Positions 43,717 through 54,205 of a DNA stretch of 64,000 bases are shown one piece after another. Each line of letters starts with the position of its first letter. Position 1 is the first letter of the stretch. The DNA comes from Gammaproteobacteria bacterium (GTDB lineage Bacteria > Pseudomonadota > Gammaproteobacteria > Eutrophobiales > Eutrophobiaceae). Location of the stretch: NCBI GenBank assembly GCA_965215365.1, contig CBDCDS010000003.1, forward strand, positions 96,001-160,000. The letters are read 5' to 3'. The notes under the pieces were generated by a model. That model was not told the origin of the DNA. It saw nothing but the letters and a program-made list of their open reading frames with translations, and did no database searches. Made by a program: the position numbers and the translations under genes.

Positions 43717-44926
43717 TAAGCCACTCGTCGCGCTACTGCTGGCGCTGGTGTTGTCAGGCTGCGCGGCAACGGAAACGGTCACCAATTATTTCAAGGGGGG
43801 CAGTGATAATGCCGACCCGCCCAATCCGCTGTACGAATTCAGGCCGCTTATCAACGTCATTAACCTGTGGCAGAAGAACAACGGCATCGGCACCGACGAA
43901 CAATACCTGAAACTGGCTCCGGTGGTGGTCAACCAGCGTCTGTATGTGGTCGATTCAGCCGGCTACATCAGCGCCCTAGATGCCACTAACGGCAAACGCC
44001 TGTGGCAGGAAAAAATTGCCGCAACGGCATCGATAGACGGGGACTCAGGCTGGTTCAAAGGCGGGGATATCCGCATTACCGGCGGCCCCGGTTACGGAGA
44101 GAACACGCTCATGGTCGGTTCCATGGAGGGAGAGGTTGTATCACTCTCGGTGGAAGACGGCAGTGAACTGTGGCGCACCCGGGTCTCGAGTGAAGTATTG
44201 TCCGCCCCGCAACGGGAGGCCGGCATCGTGGTGGTGAGAACCATCGACGGCAAGGTGTTCGGCCTCGATGGCGATAACGGCCGGCGCCTGTGGATTTACG
44301 ACCGTACCGTGCCGCCGCTGACGCTGCGCGGTACCAGCACTCCGGCCATCGACGGTGGTATCGTAGTGGCCGGGTTCGACGGCGGCAAGATGGCCGCGCT
44401 GGAATTGCGCACCGGTAAACTGCTGTGGGAAGCCAGTATTGCCGCGGCGCGCGGGCGTTCCGAACTGGAGCGCATGGTCGATATCGACTCACAACCGACG
44501 ATCGTGGATGGCGTCGTCTATATCGCCACGTTCCAGGGCCATGTGGCCGCCGTGCAACTCGAGTCCGGGCGCATTATGTGGAGCAACGATTTGTCTTCCT
44601 ATGCCGGCTTCGGCACCGATGAGCAGAACATATATGTTGCCGATGAGGACAGCCACGTGTGGGCGCTGGACCGCTTCAGCGGGTCGGTGCTGTGGGAACT
44701 GGAAGACCTGCACGCGCGCTCGATCACCGCGCCGGTGGCCGTGGGCGATCAAATCGTGGTGGGAGACCTGGAAGGCTACCTGCACTGGCTCAGCAAGCAA
44801 ACCGGAGCCTTCAGCGCCAGAACCCGGCTGTGCAGGGAACCCGTCATCGCCAGACCCATTGTAGTGGGCAACATAGTTTACGCGTATTGCAGCGATGGCC
44901 GGCTGGCAGCTTATACCTACCGGTAA
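43709..44926 (+). CDS. bamB: Outer membrane protein assembly factor BamB
   Basis: LSGC lipobox, PQQ-like propeller repeats, LTLRGTS.P, ELERMVDID. Confidence 0.92.
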   Translation: MRVKPLVALLLALVLSGCAATETVTNYFKGGSDNADPPNPLYEFRPLINVINLWQKNNGIGTDEQYLKLAPVVVNQRLYVVDSAGYISALDATNGKRLWQEKIAATASIDGDSGWFKGGDIRITGGPGYGENTLMVGSMEGEVVSLSVEDGSELWRTRVSSEVLSAPQREAGIVVVRTIDGKVFGLDGDNGRRLWIYDRTVPPLTLRGTSTPAIDGGIVVAGFDGGKMAALELRTGKLLWEASIAAARGRSELERMVDIDSQPTIVDGVVYIATFQGHVAAVQLESGRIMWSNDLSSYAGFGTDEQNIYVADEDSHVWALDRFSGSVLWELEDLHARSITAPVAVGDQIVVGDLEGYLHWLSKQTGAFSARTRLCREPVIARPIVVGNIVYAYCSDGRLAAYTYR

Positions 44927-46300
44927 ATGTCCCCCGTCATCGCCATCGTCGGCTGCCCGAATGTGGGCAAGTCAACGTTATTTAACCGTCTGACCCGTTC
45001 GCGCGCGGCGCTGGTCGCCGATAAACCGGGAGTCACCCGGGACCGGCAATACGGCTATGCCGATTTGCGTGCGTCCGCTATCCTCTTGATCGATACCGGC
45101 GGCATCGCCGGCAGTGTGGACGACCCCGACCCGTTGCACGGGGCGGTGGGCGAGCAAACCCGCCACGCCATGCTCGAGGCGGATGCCGTGCTGTGGCTGA
45201 CGGACGGCCGCGCCGGGCTGAGTGCCGGCGACCTGGAACTGGCCGCAACCCTGCGCACCCTGGCCAAACCGATCTTTTTTGTGGTCAATAAAATTGACGG
45301 CCTCAGTGCTGACCACGCGCTCGCCGAATTTCACGCCGTCGGCGGGTTTGCCCCAGCCATTCCCATCGCGGCGGAAACGGGTGCCGGTATTGACAAGTTG
45401 CTGGACCGCATCGCCGCCGCGTTTCCTGAAAACGCGGCGCCGCCGGAGGCGCATCCCGGCGCCACCAGAGTGGCTATCATCGGCCGTCCCAATGTCGGTA
45501 AATCGACGCTGCTGAACCGTATCTTGGGCGAGCAGCGGGTGCTCACCTCGGCCCGGCCCGGCACCACCCGGGACAGCATCACGGTGCCGTTACAGCGCCG
45601 GCACAAGGATTACTTGCTGACCGACACGGCCGGTATTCGCAGACGCCACAAGGTGACTGACAAGGTGGAAAAATTCAGCGTGATAAAAAGCATCAAGGCC
45701 ATGGAAAACTGTCAGGTCGTCATTTTGATGACAGATGCCCGCGACGCCATCTCCGGCCAGGACCAAACCCTGCTTGGCCTCATCAGCCAGTCTGGCAAGT
45801 CGCTGCTCATCGCAGTCAACAAGTGGGACGGTCTCAGCGGTCGGCAGAAGGCGGATATCCGGCGCCAGCTGGAAAGAAAAACTGCGTTTGTTGACTATGC
45901 TTGTGTGCACCCCATATCGGCCCTGCACGGCACGGGTGTGGGCAAGCTGTTCGACAGTATCGACCGCATCACCCGCTCACTGCGCCGGGAGTTCAGCGCC
46001 GCGTCCATCACCGCGCTGCTGCGGGAAGCGGTCAGCGCCAACCCGCCGCCGCTGGTGCGCGGGCGCCGCATCAAGCTCAAGTATGCCCATCCGGGCGGTT
46101 ACGACCCGGTGCGTATCATCATCCACGGCAACCAGACCCGCGCCACCCCCGCCCACTACCAGCGTTATCTGGCCAGGTTCTTCCGCAACAAAATGAACCT
46201 GACCGGCACCCCGGTATTCATCGAGTTCAAACACGGCGACAATCCCTACCGGACGCGCCGCCACCCCGCACAAAAATGCCGGTCAACCAAACCCCGCTAA
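44927..46300 (+). CDS. der: Ribosome biogenesis GTPase Der/EngA
   Basis: Two G domains (G.PNVGKS, DTGG/DTAG, NKID/NKWD). Confidence 0.95.
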   Translation: MSPVIAIVGCPNVGKSTLFNRLTRSRAALVADKPGVTRDRQYGYADLRASAILLIDTGGIAGSVDDPDPLHGAVGEQTRHAMLEADAVLWLTDGRAGLSAGDLELAATLRTLAKPIFFVVNKIDGLSADHALAEFHAVGGFAPAIPIAAETGAGIDKLLDRIAAAFPENAAPPEAHPGATRVAIIGRPNVGKSTLLNRILGEQRVLTSARPGTTRDSITVPLQRRHKDYLLTDTAGIRRRHKVTDKVEKFSVIKSIKAMENCQVVILMTDARDAISGQDQTLLGLISQSGKSLLIAVNKWDGLSGRQKADIRRQLERKTAFVDYACVHPISALHGTGVGKLFDSIDRITRSLRREFSAASITALLREAVSANPPPLVRGRRIKLKYAHPGGYDPVRIIIHGNQTRATPAHYQRYLARFFRNKMNLTGTPVFIEFKHGDNPYRTRRHPAQKCRSTKPR

Positions 46301-46547
46301 TGCCGGTCCGGTAGGGTATACTTTTTTTGACTTTTCCTGACCATTATATTAGTATAGGGACGGAAATCAAAAAGTATGATTTTTCATTTCCTTCATTTTC
46401 AATCATTTACATGATTGCTGTTACTGGCAGCACATCCCTGTACTGCACGGCCACCTCGTGTTTGTGAGAGGTGACCTGTAATTCGGTGCCGATGAGTTGT
46501 TTTACTCAACCATCAGGAGACAGACAATGAAACGAGATACACTTTTA

Positions 46548-46571
46548 CCCCCCCCCCCCCCCCCCCCCCCC
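46548..46571. repeat. C24 homopolymer in a short leader ORF
   Basis: 24 consecutive C, 21 nt after RBS-led ATG 46527. Confidence 0.9.
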
Positions 46572-46680
46572 TGCTAGAGTTCACCCCGCGGCGGGGACTC
46601 TCTCGCCTGTGCAGCTCCGCTGTACCCCCTTCCAGGGTCAAGCGCTGCGCGGGCGATCACGCTTGAAAGGGGAGATCCTC

Positions 46681-47247
46681 ATGACACGATTCTTTGCCAA
46701 TCCCATTGCCCTGACCCTTCTGGCCGCCGCGCTGGTGGCAACACTGCTGGCCGCGCCCGCGACGGCGCAGACGCCGCAGTGCACAAAGCAAACCTGTACG
46801 GTGGTGGTGACCGGCAACATCAACGGCTATCACATACAGGGCTGCGGCGGTGATTACCTGCGCTACCATGTGCGGCGGGAAACGACCAATCCCGCCATCA
46901 CCTCCTACACTTCTTTTGGCAACATAACCCTTGACATCTACCACAGCACGATCAACACGAGTGGTCGGGAATCGGAAACATATGAAATCAACCAGCTGGA
47001 ATGGCGGAGGGATGGCGGCAGTTGGCAAGCTATCACAGGCCCGAGGATCGGTCTTGCGGTGTCAGAACTGAACACGGACGTCACCCTGGACATCCGACCT
47101 AGGGCCAGAGCTACGATCAGGGGCTTCGCTGCCGGCATGATGTCCTACGCGATCAACGAGGTGGGCAGACCTAATTTAACCCGCTATTCCACCCGCCTCA
47201 CCTCGGTCAACTCCTTCATCTCGACTGGTGAGGGGTGCGCGCCCTGA
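46681..47247 (+). CDS. Hypothetical secreted protein
   Basis: GGGGAG RBS, signal peptide ending ATA-Q, four Cys in mature part. Confidence 0.65.
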   Translation: MTRFFANPIALTLLAAALVATLLAAPATAQTPQCTKQTCTVVVTGNINGYHIQGCGGDYLRYHVRRETTNPAITSYTSFGNITLDIYHSTINTSGRESETYEINQLEWRRDGGSWQAITGPRIGLAVSELNTDVTLDIRPRARATIRGFAAGMMSYAINEVGRPNLTRYSTRLTSVNSFISTGEGCAP

Positions 47248-47303
47248 CGGCCCCTCGGCGACCCAACCCACCCCGGGGCGGCCTTGCGGTCGCCCCTTTG
47301 TCT

Positions 47304-47380
47304 TGTCCAGGACAATATGTATTGAACCTGGACACTCACACAGCCTGCCCCCTGAGTCTCATCTGTATTGAACCTGGACA
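47304..47380 (+). mobile_element. IS481 end remnants
   Basis: 47315-47334 and 47335-47380 match the reverse complement of 28416-28435 and 28416-28460. Confidence 0.8.
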
Positions 47381-47385
47381 AGCGT

Positions 47386-47414
47386 TTTACCCCGGATGAA
47401 ATCTTCGGTATGAT
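47386..47414 (+). promoter_or_regulatory. Promoter for tRNA-Lys
   Basis: TTTACC-N17-TATGAT followed by GC-rich discriminator. Confidence 0.55.
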
Positions 47415-47426
47415 TCGCCCCCGTAC

Positions 47427-47502
47427 GGGTCGTTAGCTCAGTCGGTAGAGCAGCTGACTTTTAATCAGTTGGTCGCAGGTTCGACTCCTGCACGACCCAC
47501 CA
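47427..47502 (+). tRNA. tRNA-Lys (TTT)
   Basis: GGGTCGTTAGCTCAG, anticodon loop CTTTTAA, GGTTCGACTCC, CCA end; 76 nt. Confidence 0.97.
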
Positions 47503-47521
47503 CCCTGAAGAGGAGGTTGCG

Positions 47522-48079
47522 ATGTCTGTCAATAATACTGAAAGAGAATACGGCGTTGTCAGTAAAAGTTGGCATTGGCTGACAGTGGTTATCGTTATCG
47601 TCTTGTTCGTGCTCGCGTCAAGGTCCGAAGACCTGCCACGCGGACCGGAAAAGCTGGAACTGGTGTTGCTGCATGCCTCGTTCGGTTTGCTGCTGCTGTT
47701 TGTGCTGGCGGCGCGCCTGCTCTGGCGCTGGTGCAACGCGACCCCGGCGCGCCTGCCGCATATCCCAACCTGGCAGCATGTTATCTCCAGAGCCGTCCAC
47801 TACGGGTTGTACATCGTCCTCATAGCCCAGGCCTTAGTCGGCATGGCCCGGTTTGCCACGGCCGGCTTTGAGGTGCCGTTCTTCGGCCTGTTCAAGGTGG
47901 CGTTTCCCATGGGTAAAGATGAAGCCATGAACGAACTGATGGGGACCATGCATGAGATCCTGCCGTGCATCCTGCTGGCACTGCTGGCACTGCATGTACT
48001 TGCAGCCCTGTATCATCACTTCCGGTTGCAGGACGATACCTTGCGGCGCATGACCTGCGGTATGAAGTCGGCAGATTAA
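47522..48079 (+). CDS. Cytochrome b561 family protein
   Basis: YG.V.K.WHW, H.SFG, VHYGLY, HVLAALYHHF..DDTL.RM. Confidence 0.9.
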   Translation: MSVNNTEREYGVVSKSWHWLTVVIVIVLFVLASRSEDLPRGPEKLELVLLHASFGLLLLFVLAARLLWRWCNATPARLPHIPTWQHVISRAVHYGLYIVLIAQALVGMARFATAGFEVPFFGLFKVAFPMGKDEAMNELMGTMHEILPCILLALLALHVLAALYHHFRLQDDTLRRMTCGMKSAD

Positions 48080-48153
48080 CGGAGGCTTGAATTTTCGGCA
48101 ACCGGCCACCATTTTCCCCTTGCCTCAATCCATTATTTTGAGCATATAGCGCC

Positions 48154-48540
48154 GTGCCGATTTATGAGTATCAATGTCAGACCTGTGGTCACAGGTTGGA
48201 GAAATTACAGAAGATCTCCGCCGCGCCGTTGACCGATTGCCCCGCGTGCGGGCGCCCACACCTGCGCAAACTGGTGTCTGCGGTGGCCTTCCGGCTCAAG
48301 GGCGGTGGGTGGTACGAGACGGATTTCAAGGACGAGCAATCCCGCCGCAACATAGCCAAGGATGATGACAACGCCGCCACCAAGGCCGACGGGGCCAAGA
48401 CCGACGAGGCCAAAGCCGACGGCACCAAGCGCGCGGACGCCGCCGGTGACACCACGAAAAAGCCGGACAGTCACAAGAAAGCCAGCGTCAAACCCGACAC
48501 AACCGGTTCCGGCGCTACGCCTGCTGCCCCCGCCGGTTGA
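48154..48540 (+). CDS. FmdB family zinc-ribbon protein
   Basis: PIYEYQC..CGH, CPACG, FRLKGGGWYETDF. Confidence 0.9.
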   Translation: MPIYEYQCQTCGHRLEKLQKISAAPLTDCPACGRPHLRKLVSAVAFRLKGGGWYETDFKDEQSRRNIAKDDDNAATKADGAKTDEAKADGTKRADAAGDTTKKPDSHKKASVKPDTTGSGATPAAPAG

Positions 48541-48570
48541 GTTGTTGCGTATCCCCCAGGAGGCATATCT

Positions 48571-48648
48571 GTGAATGCCAAACAATTGATAGATGAGGCT
48601 ACTTCCCTTCCTGTCGAAGAGCGCGCGTTAGTAATAGAGGGTGCCTCC
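48571..48648 (+). pseudogene. N-terminal stub of an addiction-module antitoxin, cut at a palindrome remnant
   Basis: MNAKQLIDEATSLPVEERALV then TAATAGAGGGTGCCTCC. Confidence 0.55.
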
Positions 48649-48822
48649 TGGCAACCGGATTTGAATTTTTTGAGTAAATCTATAGACTACAGCCCTTTGC
48701 TACTAACCATCCAACGGGGGATAGGCGAGCCGGACCTTACACTGCCGGGTGCTGACACATTATTGTGCGCGGCGCTTGCAACGGCTTGAACCAGCCCGTC
48801 CGAATTTACCAGGAGAATTGTC

Positions 48823-50838
48823 ATGTCACCTTTGGACCTTGCCCTGATATGCAGTGTTATTGCTATCCTGTATGGCATCTTTTCAGTGCGCTGGATTCTT
48901 GCCCAGCCGGAAGGCAGCGAGCGTATGCGGGAGATTGCCGCGGCCGTACAGCAAGGCGCGGCGGCTTATCTCAACCGGCAATATACGACCATCGGCATAG
49001 TGGGCGTGGTTCTGTTCGTGGTGCTCGGTCTGGCGCTGGACTGGTACACCGGGGTTGGCTTTTTGATCGGCGCGGTGTTCTCTGGCGCCGCCGGCTATAT
49101 CGGCATGAACATTTCCGTACGCGCCAACCTGCGTACCGCCGAAGCCGCCAGCCAAGGTATCAACGCGGCCCTGATGATCGCGTTCCGGGGCGGCGCGATC
49201 ACCGGGCTGCTGGTGGTGGGGTTGGGCCTGCTGGGCGTTGCCGGTTACTATGCCGTACTGCACAAGCTGGGCGCGGACAGCGACACCATCCTGCATGCAC
49301 TGGTGGGGCTGGGCTTTGGCGGTTCCCTGATCTCCATTTTTGCCCGGTTGGGCGGCGGTATTTTCACCAAGGGTGCAGATGTGGGCGCAGACCTGGTCGG
49401 CAAGGTGGAAGCCGGCATCCCTGAGGACGACCCCCGCAACCCGGCGGTGATTGCCGACAATGTGGGTGACAACGTCGGTGACTGTGCGGGCATGGCCGCC
49501 GATCTGTTTGAAACCTACGCGGTAACCGTTATCGCGACCATGCTGCTGGGCAGTCTGGTGGTCTCCGGCAGCGAAAATGCAGTGCTCTACCCGCTGGCCC
49601 TGGGCGCGGTGTCCATCGTCGCTTCGGTCATCGGCTGTTTCTTCGTTCGGGCCGGGGAAGGCGGCAGTATCATGGGCGCCCTGTACAAGGGCCTGATCGT
49701 CGCCGGCGTGCTGGCCGCTATTCTGTTCTACCCGGTCACCCACTGGATGATGGCCGATGTTGCCGGCATGTCCGCCGGAGCCTTGTACGCCTGCGCGCTG
49801 ATCGGCCTGACCCTGACCGCAGCCATGGTCTGGATCACCGAATATTACACGGGCACCGACTACGCGCCGGTGAAGCATGTGGCCGCTGCGTCGGAGACCG
49901 GCCATGCCACCAATATCATCGCCGGACTCGGCGTGTCCATGAAGTCCACCGCCTTGCCGGTGCTGGCGGTGTGTGCCAGTATTTGGGGCACCTATGAGCT
50001 GGCCGGGCTGTACGGCATCGCCATTGCCGCCACCTCCATGCTGTCCATGACCGGCATTATCGTTGCCTTGGACGCCTTCGGCCCTATTACCGACAACGCC
50101 GGTGGCATCGCGGAAATGGCGGAACTGGATGAGAAAATCCGCAATATCACGGATCCGCTGGACGCGGTGGGCAACACCACCAAGGCGGTGACCAAAGGCT
50201 ACGCCATCGGCTCGGCGGGTCTGGCTGCGCTGGTGCTGTTTGGCGACTACACCCATGCGCTGGAAAAGGCAGGGGCCCACGTGGAATTTTCACTGTCCGA
50301 TCCTATGGTCATCATCGGCCTGTTCATCGGTGGCCTGATACCTTACCTGTTCGGCGCCATGGCGATGGAAGCGGTAGGGCGCGCGGCCGGTTCGGTGGTG
50401 CACGAGGTGCGGCGCCAGTTTCGCGAAATCCCAGGCATTATGGACGGTACCGGCAAGCCGGATTATTCCCGCGCGGTGGACCTGCTGACCAAATCGGCCA
50501 TCAAGGAAATGATCATTCCTTCCCTGTTACCAGTGTTGGCGCCGGTGATCGTGGGCAAGGTGCTGGGGCCCGTGGCGCTGGGTGGAATGTTGCTGGGGAC
50601 GATTGTTACCGGCTTGTTCGTGGCCATATCCATGACCGCCGGCGGCGGCGCCTGGGATAACGCCAAGAAATATATTGAAGACGGCAACCTGGGCGGCAAG
50701 GGCTCAGCGGCGCACAAGGCCGCGGTGACCGGCGACACGGTCGGCGACCCCTACAAGGACACCGCCGGGCCGGCCGTGAACCCGCTCATCAAGATCATCA
50801 ACATCGTCGCCCTGCTGATCGTGCCGTTGGTGGTGTAA
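48823..50838 (+). CDS. hppA: Membrane H+-translocating pyrophosphatase, probably K+-independent
   Basis: [33 protein letters not shown] (Lys form). Confidence 0.95.
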   Translation: MSPLDLALICSVIAILYGIFSVRWILAQPEGSERMREIAAAVQQGAAAYLNRQYTTIGIVGVVLFVVLGLALDWYTGVGFLIGAVFSGAAGYIGMNISVRANLRTAEAASQGINAALMIAFRGGAITGLLVVGLGLLGVAGYYAVLHKLGADSDTILHALVGLGFGGSLISIFARLGGGIFTKGADVGADLVGKVEAGIPEDDPRNPAVIADNVGDNVGDCAGMAADLFETYAVTVIATMLLGSLVVSGSENAVLYPLALGAVSIVASVIGCFFVRAGEGGSIMGALYKGLIVAGVLAAILFYPVTHWMMADVAGMSAGALYACALIGLTLTAAMVWITEYYTGTDYAPVKHVAAASETGHATNIIAGLGVSMKSTALPVLAVCASIWGTYELAGLYGIAIAATSMLSMTGIIVALDAFGPITDNAGGIAEMAELDEKIRNITDPLDAVGNTTKAVTKGYAIGSAGLAALVLFGDYTHALEKAGAHVEFSLSDPMVIIGLFIGGLIPYLFGAMAMEAVGRAAGSVVHEVRRQFREIPGIMDGTGKPDYSRAVDLLTKSAIKEMIIPSLLPVLAPVIVGKVLGPVALGGMLLGTIVTGLFVAISMTAGGGAWDNAKKYIEDGNLGGKGSAAHKAAVTGDTVGDPYKDTAGPAVNPLIKIINIVALLIVPLVV

Positions 50839-50910
50839 GCATGGCGTCATCCTCGACGCGCAAGCGCTCAGCGAGCCATTGATTGGGCTCGCTGAGCAGG
50901 TTGATAGCCA

Positions 50911-51390
50911 TTGGCAAAAGTACTGGCAGCGCTGGTATTCCTGCTCGCACTGAATGAGCCGCGCCAGTTTTCCAGACTGGACCTGTGGGAGAAGCAATGC
51001 AATGGCGGCGACGCGTCGGCCTGCACAAAGTTGGCCGAGACGCAGGTCGGGCTTGAGAAACTGGCGCGCTTGGACCAGCTGGCGCAGCGTTACGGCGCCA
51101 GCGCCAACCGGGATGAGTTGGAAGAAGACGGCAGACCGCGTCTGAACATCGCCTACATGCAGGTGATGCAGGACTTCATTGAGGCGGAACAGGCCGCCGG
51201 TCACGAAGAACTGTCCTACGATGAGGAGGCAGTCAGCCATTGCGCTGACCACTTCCATAATTTCTGGCTGAGTAACAAACTTTGGTGGCCCACCGACGAG
51301 AACGACGAACCGAGCTGGACCGACATTTACTATTACGCCGTCGACCACTATCACGGCGTCTGTCTGCGGCGCTATTTTAACCAGTTTTAA
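50911..51390 (+). CDS. Hypothetical exported protein
   Basis: Hydrophobic N-terminus, C..GD..AC motif, protein-like composition. Confidence 0.55.
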   Translation: MAKVLAALVFLLALNEPRQFSRLDLWEKQCNGGDASACTKLAETQVGLEKLARLDQLAQRYGASANRDELEEDGRPRLNIAYMQVMQDFIEAEQAAGHEELSYDEEAVSHCADHFHNFWLSNKLWWPTDENDEPSWTDIYYYAVDHYHGVCLRRYFNQF

Positions 51391-51442
51391 GAGTTGTACG
51401 TAGCCGCAGCGGGGCGTGGGTTATGCCGCAGTAGATTACACG

Positions 51443-52648
51443 TTACGCCGGCGCCGGTTGCACGGCTACCGGCTCGTCCCGTATCGGCCAGTGCAGCAGC
51501 GCGGCAATAAGGCCCAGCAAAACGGCCAGTTGCCACATCAGGGTATAGGAACCAGTCGCCTCGAACAGGTAGCCGCCCAGCCACGCGCCCAGAAAGCTGC
51601 CCAGCTGGTGGCTGAAGAACACGATGCCGAACAGCGTGCCGCCGTAACGCACTCCGAAAATGTCGGACACCAGGCCGCTGGTCAACGGAATTGTGCCCAA
51701 CCAAAGCAGGCCCATGGCGGCGGCAAACAGCCCCAGGGTCAACTCACTCAGAGGCAGGGCGATGAACAGCGCGATCACCAGCGCCCGGCCCAGGTAGAGC
51801 CCGCTCAACAGGTATTTTTTCCGGTAACGCCCCCCATACAGGCCGGCCAGATAAGTGCCGAGGATATTGAATATCCCGATCAGACCCAGTGCGAATGCGG
51901 CGCGCATGGGCGCTATGGCGGAGTCATGCAGAAACGCCGGCAGGTGGGTGGCGATAAAAGCCACGTGAAACCCGCATACCAGGAAGCCGCAATTCAGCAG
52001 CCAGTAGCCGGAATGCGCGCCAGCGCTACGTAGCGCCTGCGACAGGGTCTCGCCGGGCACATTTTCGCCACTGGCCTCAGTGCCGGTCTGCCGCTGGAAT
52101 ATCAGGGTCAGCAGCGGTACGATCATGACGCAGGCGGCGAGGATCAGGAACGCTACGCTCCAGCCATACAGCCCGATGAACAACTGGCTGAGCGGCACAA
52201 AGGAGAACATCCCGAACGACCCGCCGGCCGAGACGATGCCGAATGCCAGACTGCGCTTTTCCGGCGTTACCAGCCGACCGATTGCGCTCAATACCACGGT
52301 AAACGTGGTGCCGCTCATGGCCAGCCCGACCAGCATCCCCAGGCTCAGGTGCAGACCGGTCGCAGTTGACGTGAACGCGGTGAGAACCAGACCGGCCATG
52401 TACATCAGGCTGGACAGGATCAGCATGCGATAGCTGCCGTACTTGTCCGTCAGCATCCCGGCCAATGGTTGTGCCAGGCCCCAGATCAGGTTCTGAATGG
52501 CAATAGTCAGCCCGAACGTGGTGCGGGTCAATTCCAGGTCGGTCACCACCGGCTGCAGGAACACGCCGAACGACTGCCGGATACCCATACTCACGGCAAC
52601 GATAGTGCCGCCAACGAGTATCAGCAAAACGAATTGAGACTGGCGCAT
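51443..52648 (-). CDS. MFS transporter
   Basis: GIRQSFG.F, QNLIWG, GFLVCGFHV.FI.THLP, HQLGSFLG. Confidence 0.92.
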   Translation of the reverse strand: MRQSQFVLLILVGGTIVAVSMGIRQSFGVFLQPVVTDLELTRTTFGLTIAIQNLIWGLAQPLAGMLTDKYGSYRMLILSSLMYMAGLVLTAFTSTATGLHLSLGMLVGLAMSGTTFTVVLSAIGRLVTPEKRSLAFGIVSAGGSFGMFSFVPLSQLFIGLYGWSVAFLILAACVMIVPLLTLIFQRQTGTEASGENVPGETLSQALRSAGAHSGYWLLNCGFLVCGFHVAFIATHLPAFLHDSAIAPMRAAFALGLIGIFNILGTYLAGLYGGRYRKKYLLSGLYLGRALVIALFIALPLSELTLGLFAAAMGLLWLGTIPLTSGLVSDIFGVRYGGTLFGIVFFSHQLGSFLGAWLGGYLFEATGSYTLMWQLAVLLGLIAALLHWPIRDEPVAVQPAPA

Positions 52649-52712
52649 AGTTGTTCGGTTACGTCCGGCGGGGTAATGACCTTGTCGAGCTGCCGGCTAT
52701 TTCCGGTCACGT

Positions 52713-53783
52713 TCAGTGCCGGGAGCACACCGGCGGTGCTTGTTCGTCCAGGTTCAGCAGCCTGAAATAGTTCTCTCCCAGCGCGATGTTGCGGAAGGCG
52801 GCGTCATCAAGGTAGCCGATGATGCGACTGGTGGCCTCAAGTTCCTCTTTGTACACGTCGAAATTCTTGTTGCCGGAGGCAACAAAATCAGTGCCGGGTA
52901 GCACCCGGTCGGAGTAGGCGTTCAGGAACGGCACGTAGCGCGTCCGTTTGGCCGGATCGGAAAAGATATTATCTTCGAGCACGCGCCAGGAAATATCGAC
53001 CATGAGTTTCGGATACTGGTCCAACAGCACTTTCAGAATGTTGATGTGCGTGTCCGCAGAAATATCGACCAGCTCCCTAGACAGGCCAAGATGCATCCAG
53101 ATGATGCGGTTGTCGGGATAGCGTTTTAACAGCTCCTCAATCCAGGTCAGGTATCGGGTCGGTTCCTCATCGTTGCCCAGATCCGAGTGGATGGCGATGG
53201 GCATATCACGCGCACGTAATTCTGCCATAAACGGTTCCCATTCCCTGATTTTCTCCAGCGGCACAGGTTCATGTCCATTGCCGTACAGCGCCTGCTTGAC
53301 CAGATTGACTTCCCCCATCCACCTGAACAGTCCGGGAAACTCCCGGTCCAGCAAGCGCATGCCGGCCAGTACGGTTTCCGGACTGGCAAGGTCAGGAAAA
53401 GTCATGGACAAGGTGGCATGCACAGAACTTGTGCCCTCGGCCAGGTAACTCAGCGCGTTGGCAAAATCATTCTTCAGGGTCGGCGTCACCGGCGTGCCGG
53501 GACAATCGAGATAATAGGTGCAACTCGAGGTAATCGGCAGCATTTGTCCGATTCCATAAATGTTCACAAAACGCACCCCGGTTTGTTCCAGATACCCGAT
53601 TACCTCTGCAAACGGCAGCGACGGTCCGCCGAAAGGACGAAAGTGCAAATGAGTATCCACCACAGTCGTAACCGGCTGCGCGCCGCGCGCAAAGCACGCA
53701 CGCGCCGCTGCGTCAATATCCGAGGCCCGCACATCCGCAAGGCCACACCCGAAAACAACCAGCACCACGACGCGCGCCAGCAT
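52713..53783 (-). CDS. Amidohydrolase family protein, probably exported
   Basis: VDTHLH, GEVN, IHSD, WMHLG, GTDF. Confidence 0.8.
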   Translation of the reverse strand: MLARVVVLVVFGCGLADVRASDIDAAARACFARGAQPVTTVVDTHLHFRPFGGPSLPFAEVIGYLEQTGVRFVNIYGIGQMLPITSSCTYYLDCPGTPVTPTLKNDFANALSYLAEGTSSVHATLSMTFPDLASPETVLAGMRLLDREFPGLFRWMGEVNLVKQALYGNGHEPVPLEKIREWEPFMAELRARDMPIAIHSDLGNDEEPTRYLTWIEELLKRYPDNRIIWMHLGLSRELVDISADTHINILKVLLDQYPKLMVDISWRVLEDNIFSDPAKRTRYVPFLNAYSDRVLPGTDFVASGNKNFDVYKEELEATSRIIGYLDDAAFRNIALGENYFRLLNLDEQAPPVCSRH

Positions 53784-53911
53784 CAGCTTGCCACAGCGCA
53801 GATGTTCATAAAGCATAGTGCGCACATTATATTTCAAAATTGCACACATAGTCGCTCAGATTTAGGCAGTGTATCATTGATTAAATACCGACGAATGAAT
53901 AGATATTGTGT

Positions 53912-54205
53912 ATGATGTTCAGCCAAGCTATCGAATTAGAGAACAAGTATGAAGATGATGCTGATGATGTGCATCATCTGCGCGAAGTCACCATGGCAGC
54001 CATACCCAACGGCAGGCTACAGAAAAGGTACAATCCCGACGCTGACGACGGTATCTGGTTGGCGGGAAGGAATGCCCCTACGCTGGGGGAAGATTTCAGG
54101 GTGAGAGTGAGTTTCAGCAGGTTAAAATCGAAGGCAGCATGGCGAGTTCAAACCCTGACTTATGATGAGTCAGATCAGGGGTGTGCAGGGTCATGGCACT
54201 CATAG
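53912..54205 (+). pseudogene. Remnant (C-terminal third) of an SfiI-family restriction endonuclease
   Basis: IPNGRLQKRYNPD..GRNAPTLGEDFRVRVSFSRLK...WRVQ resembles the SfiI C-terminus as recalled; no catalytic core. Confidence 0.7.

Noticed and set aside
47427-47502. tRNA-Lys as an island attachment site
   Set aside because: No integrase and no duplicated tRNA 3' end noticed in the window
48883-50280. 465-aa antisense ORF (also 61206-62555, 4209-5105, 24515-25387)
   Set aside because: Shadow frames of well-supported genes in GC-rich DNA
50866-50898. Hairpin after hppA as attC site or terminator
   Set aside because: No U-tract, no attC core sites, no integrase; single occurrence
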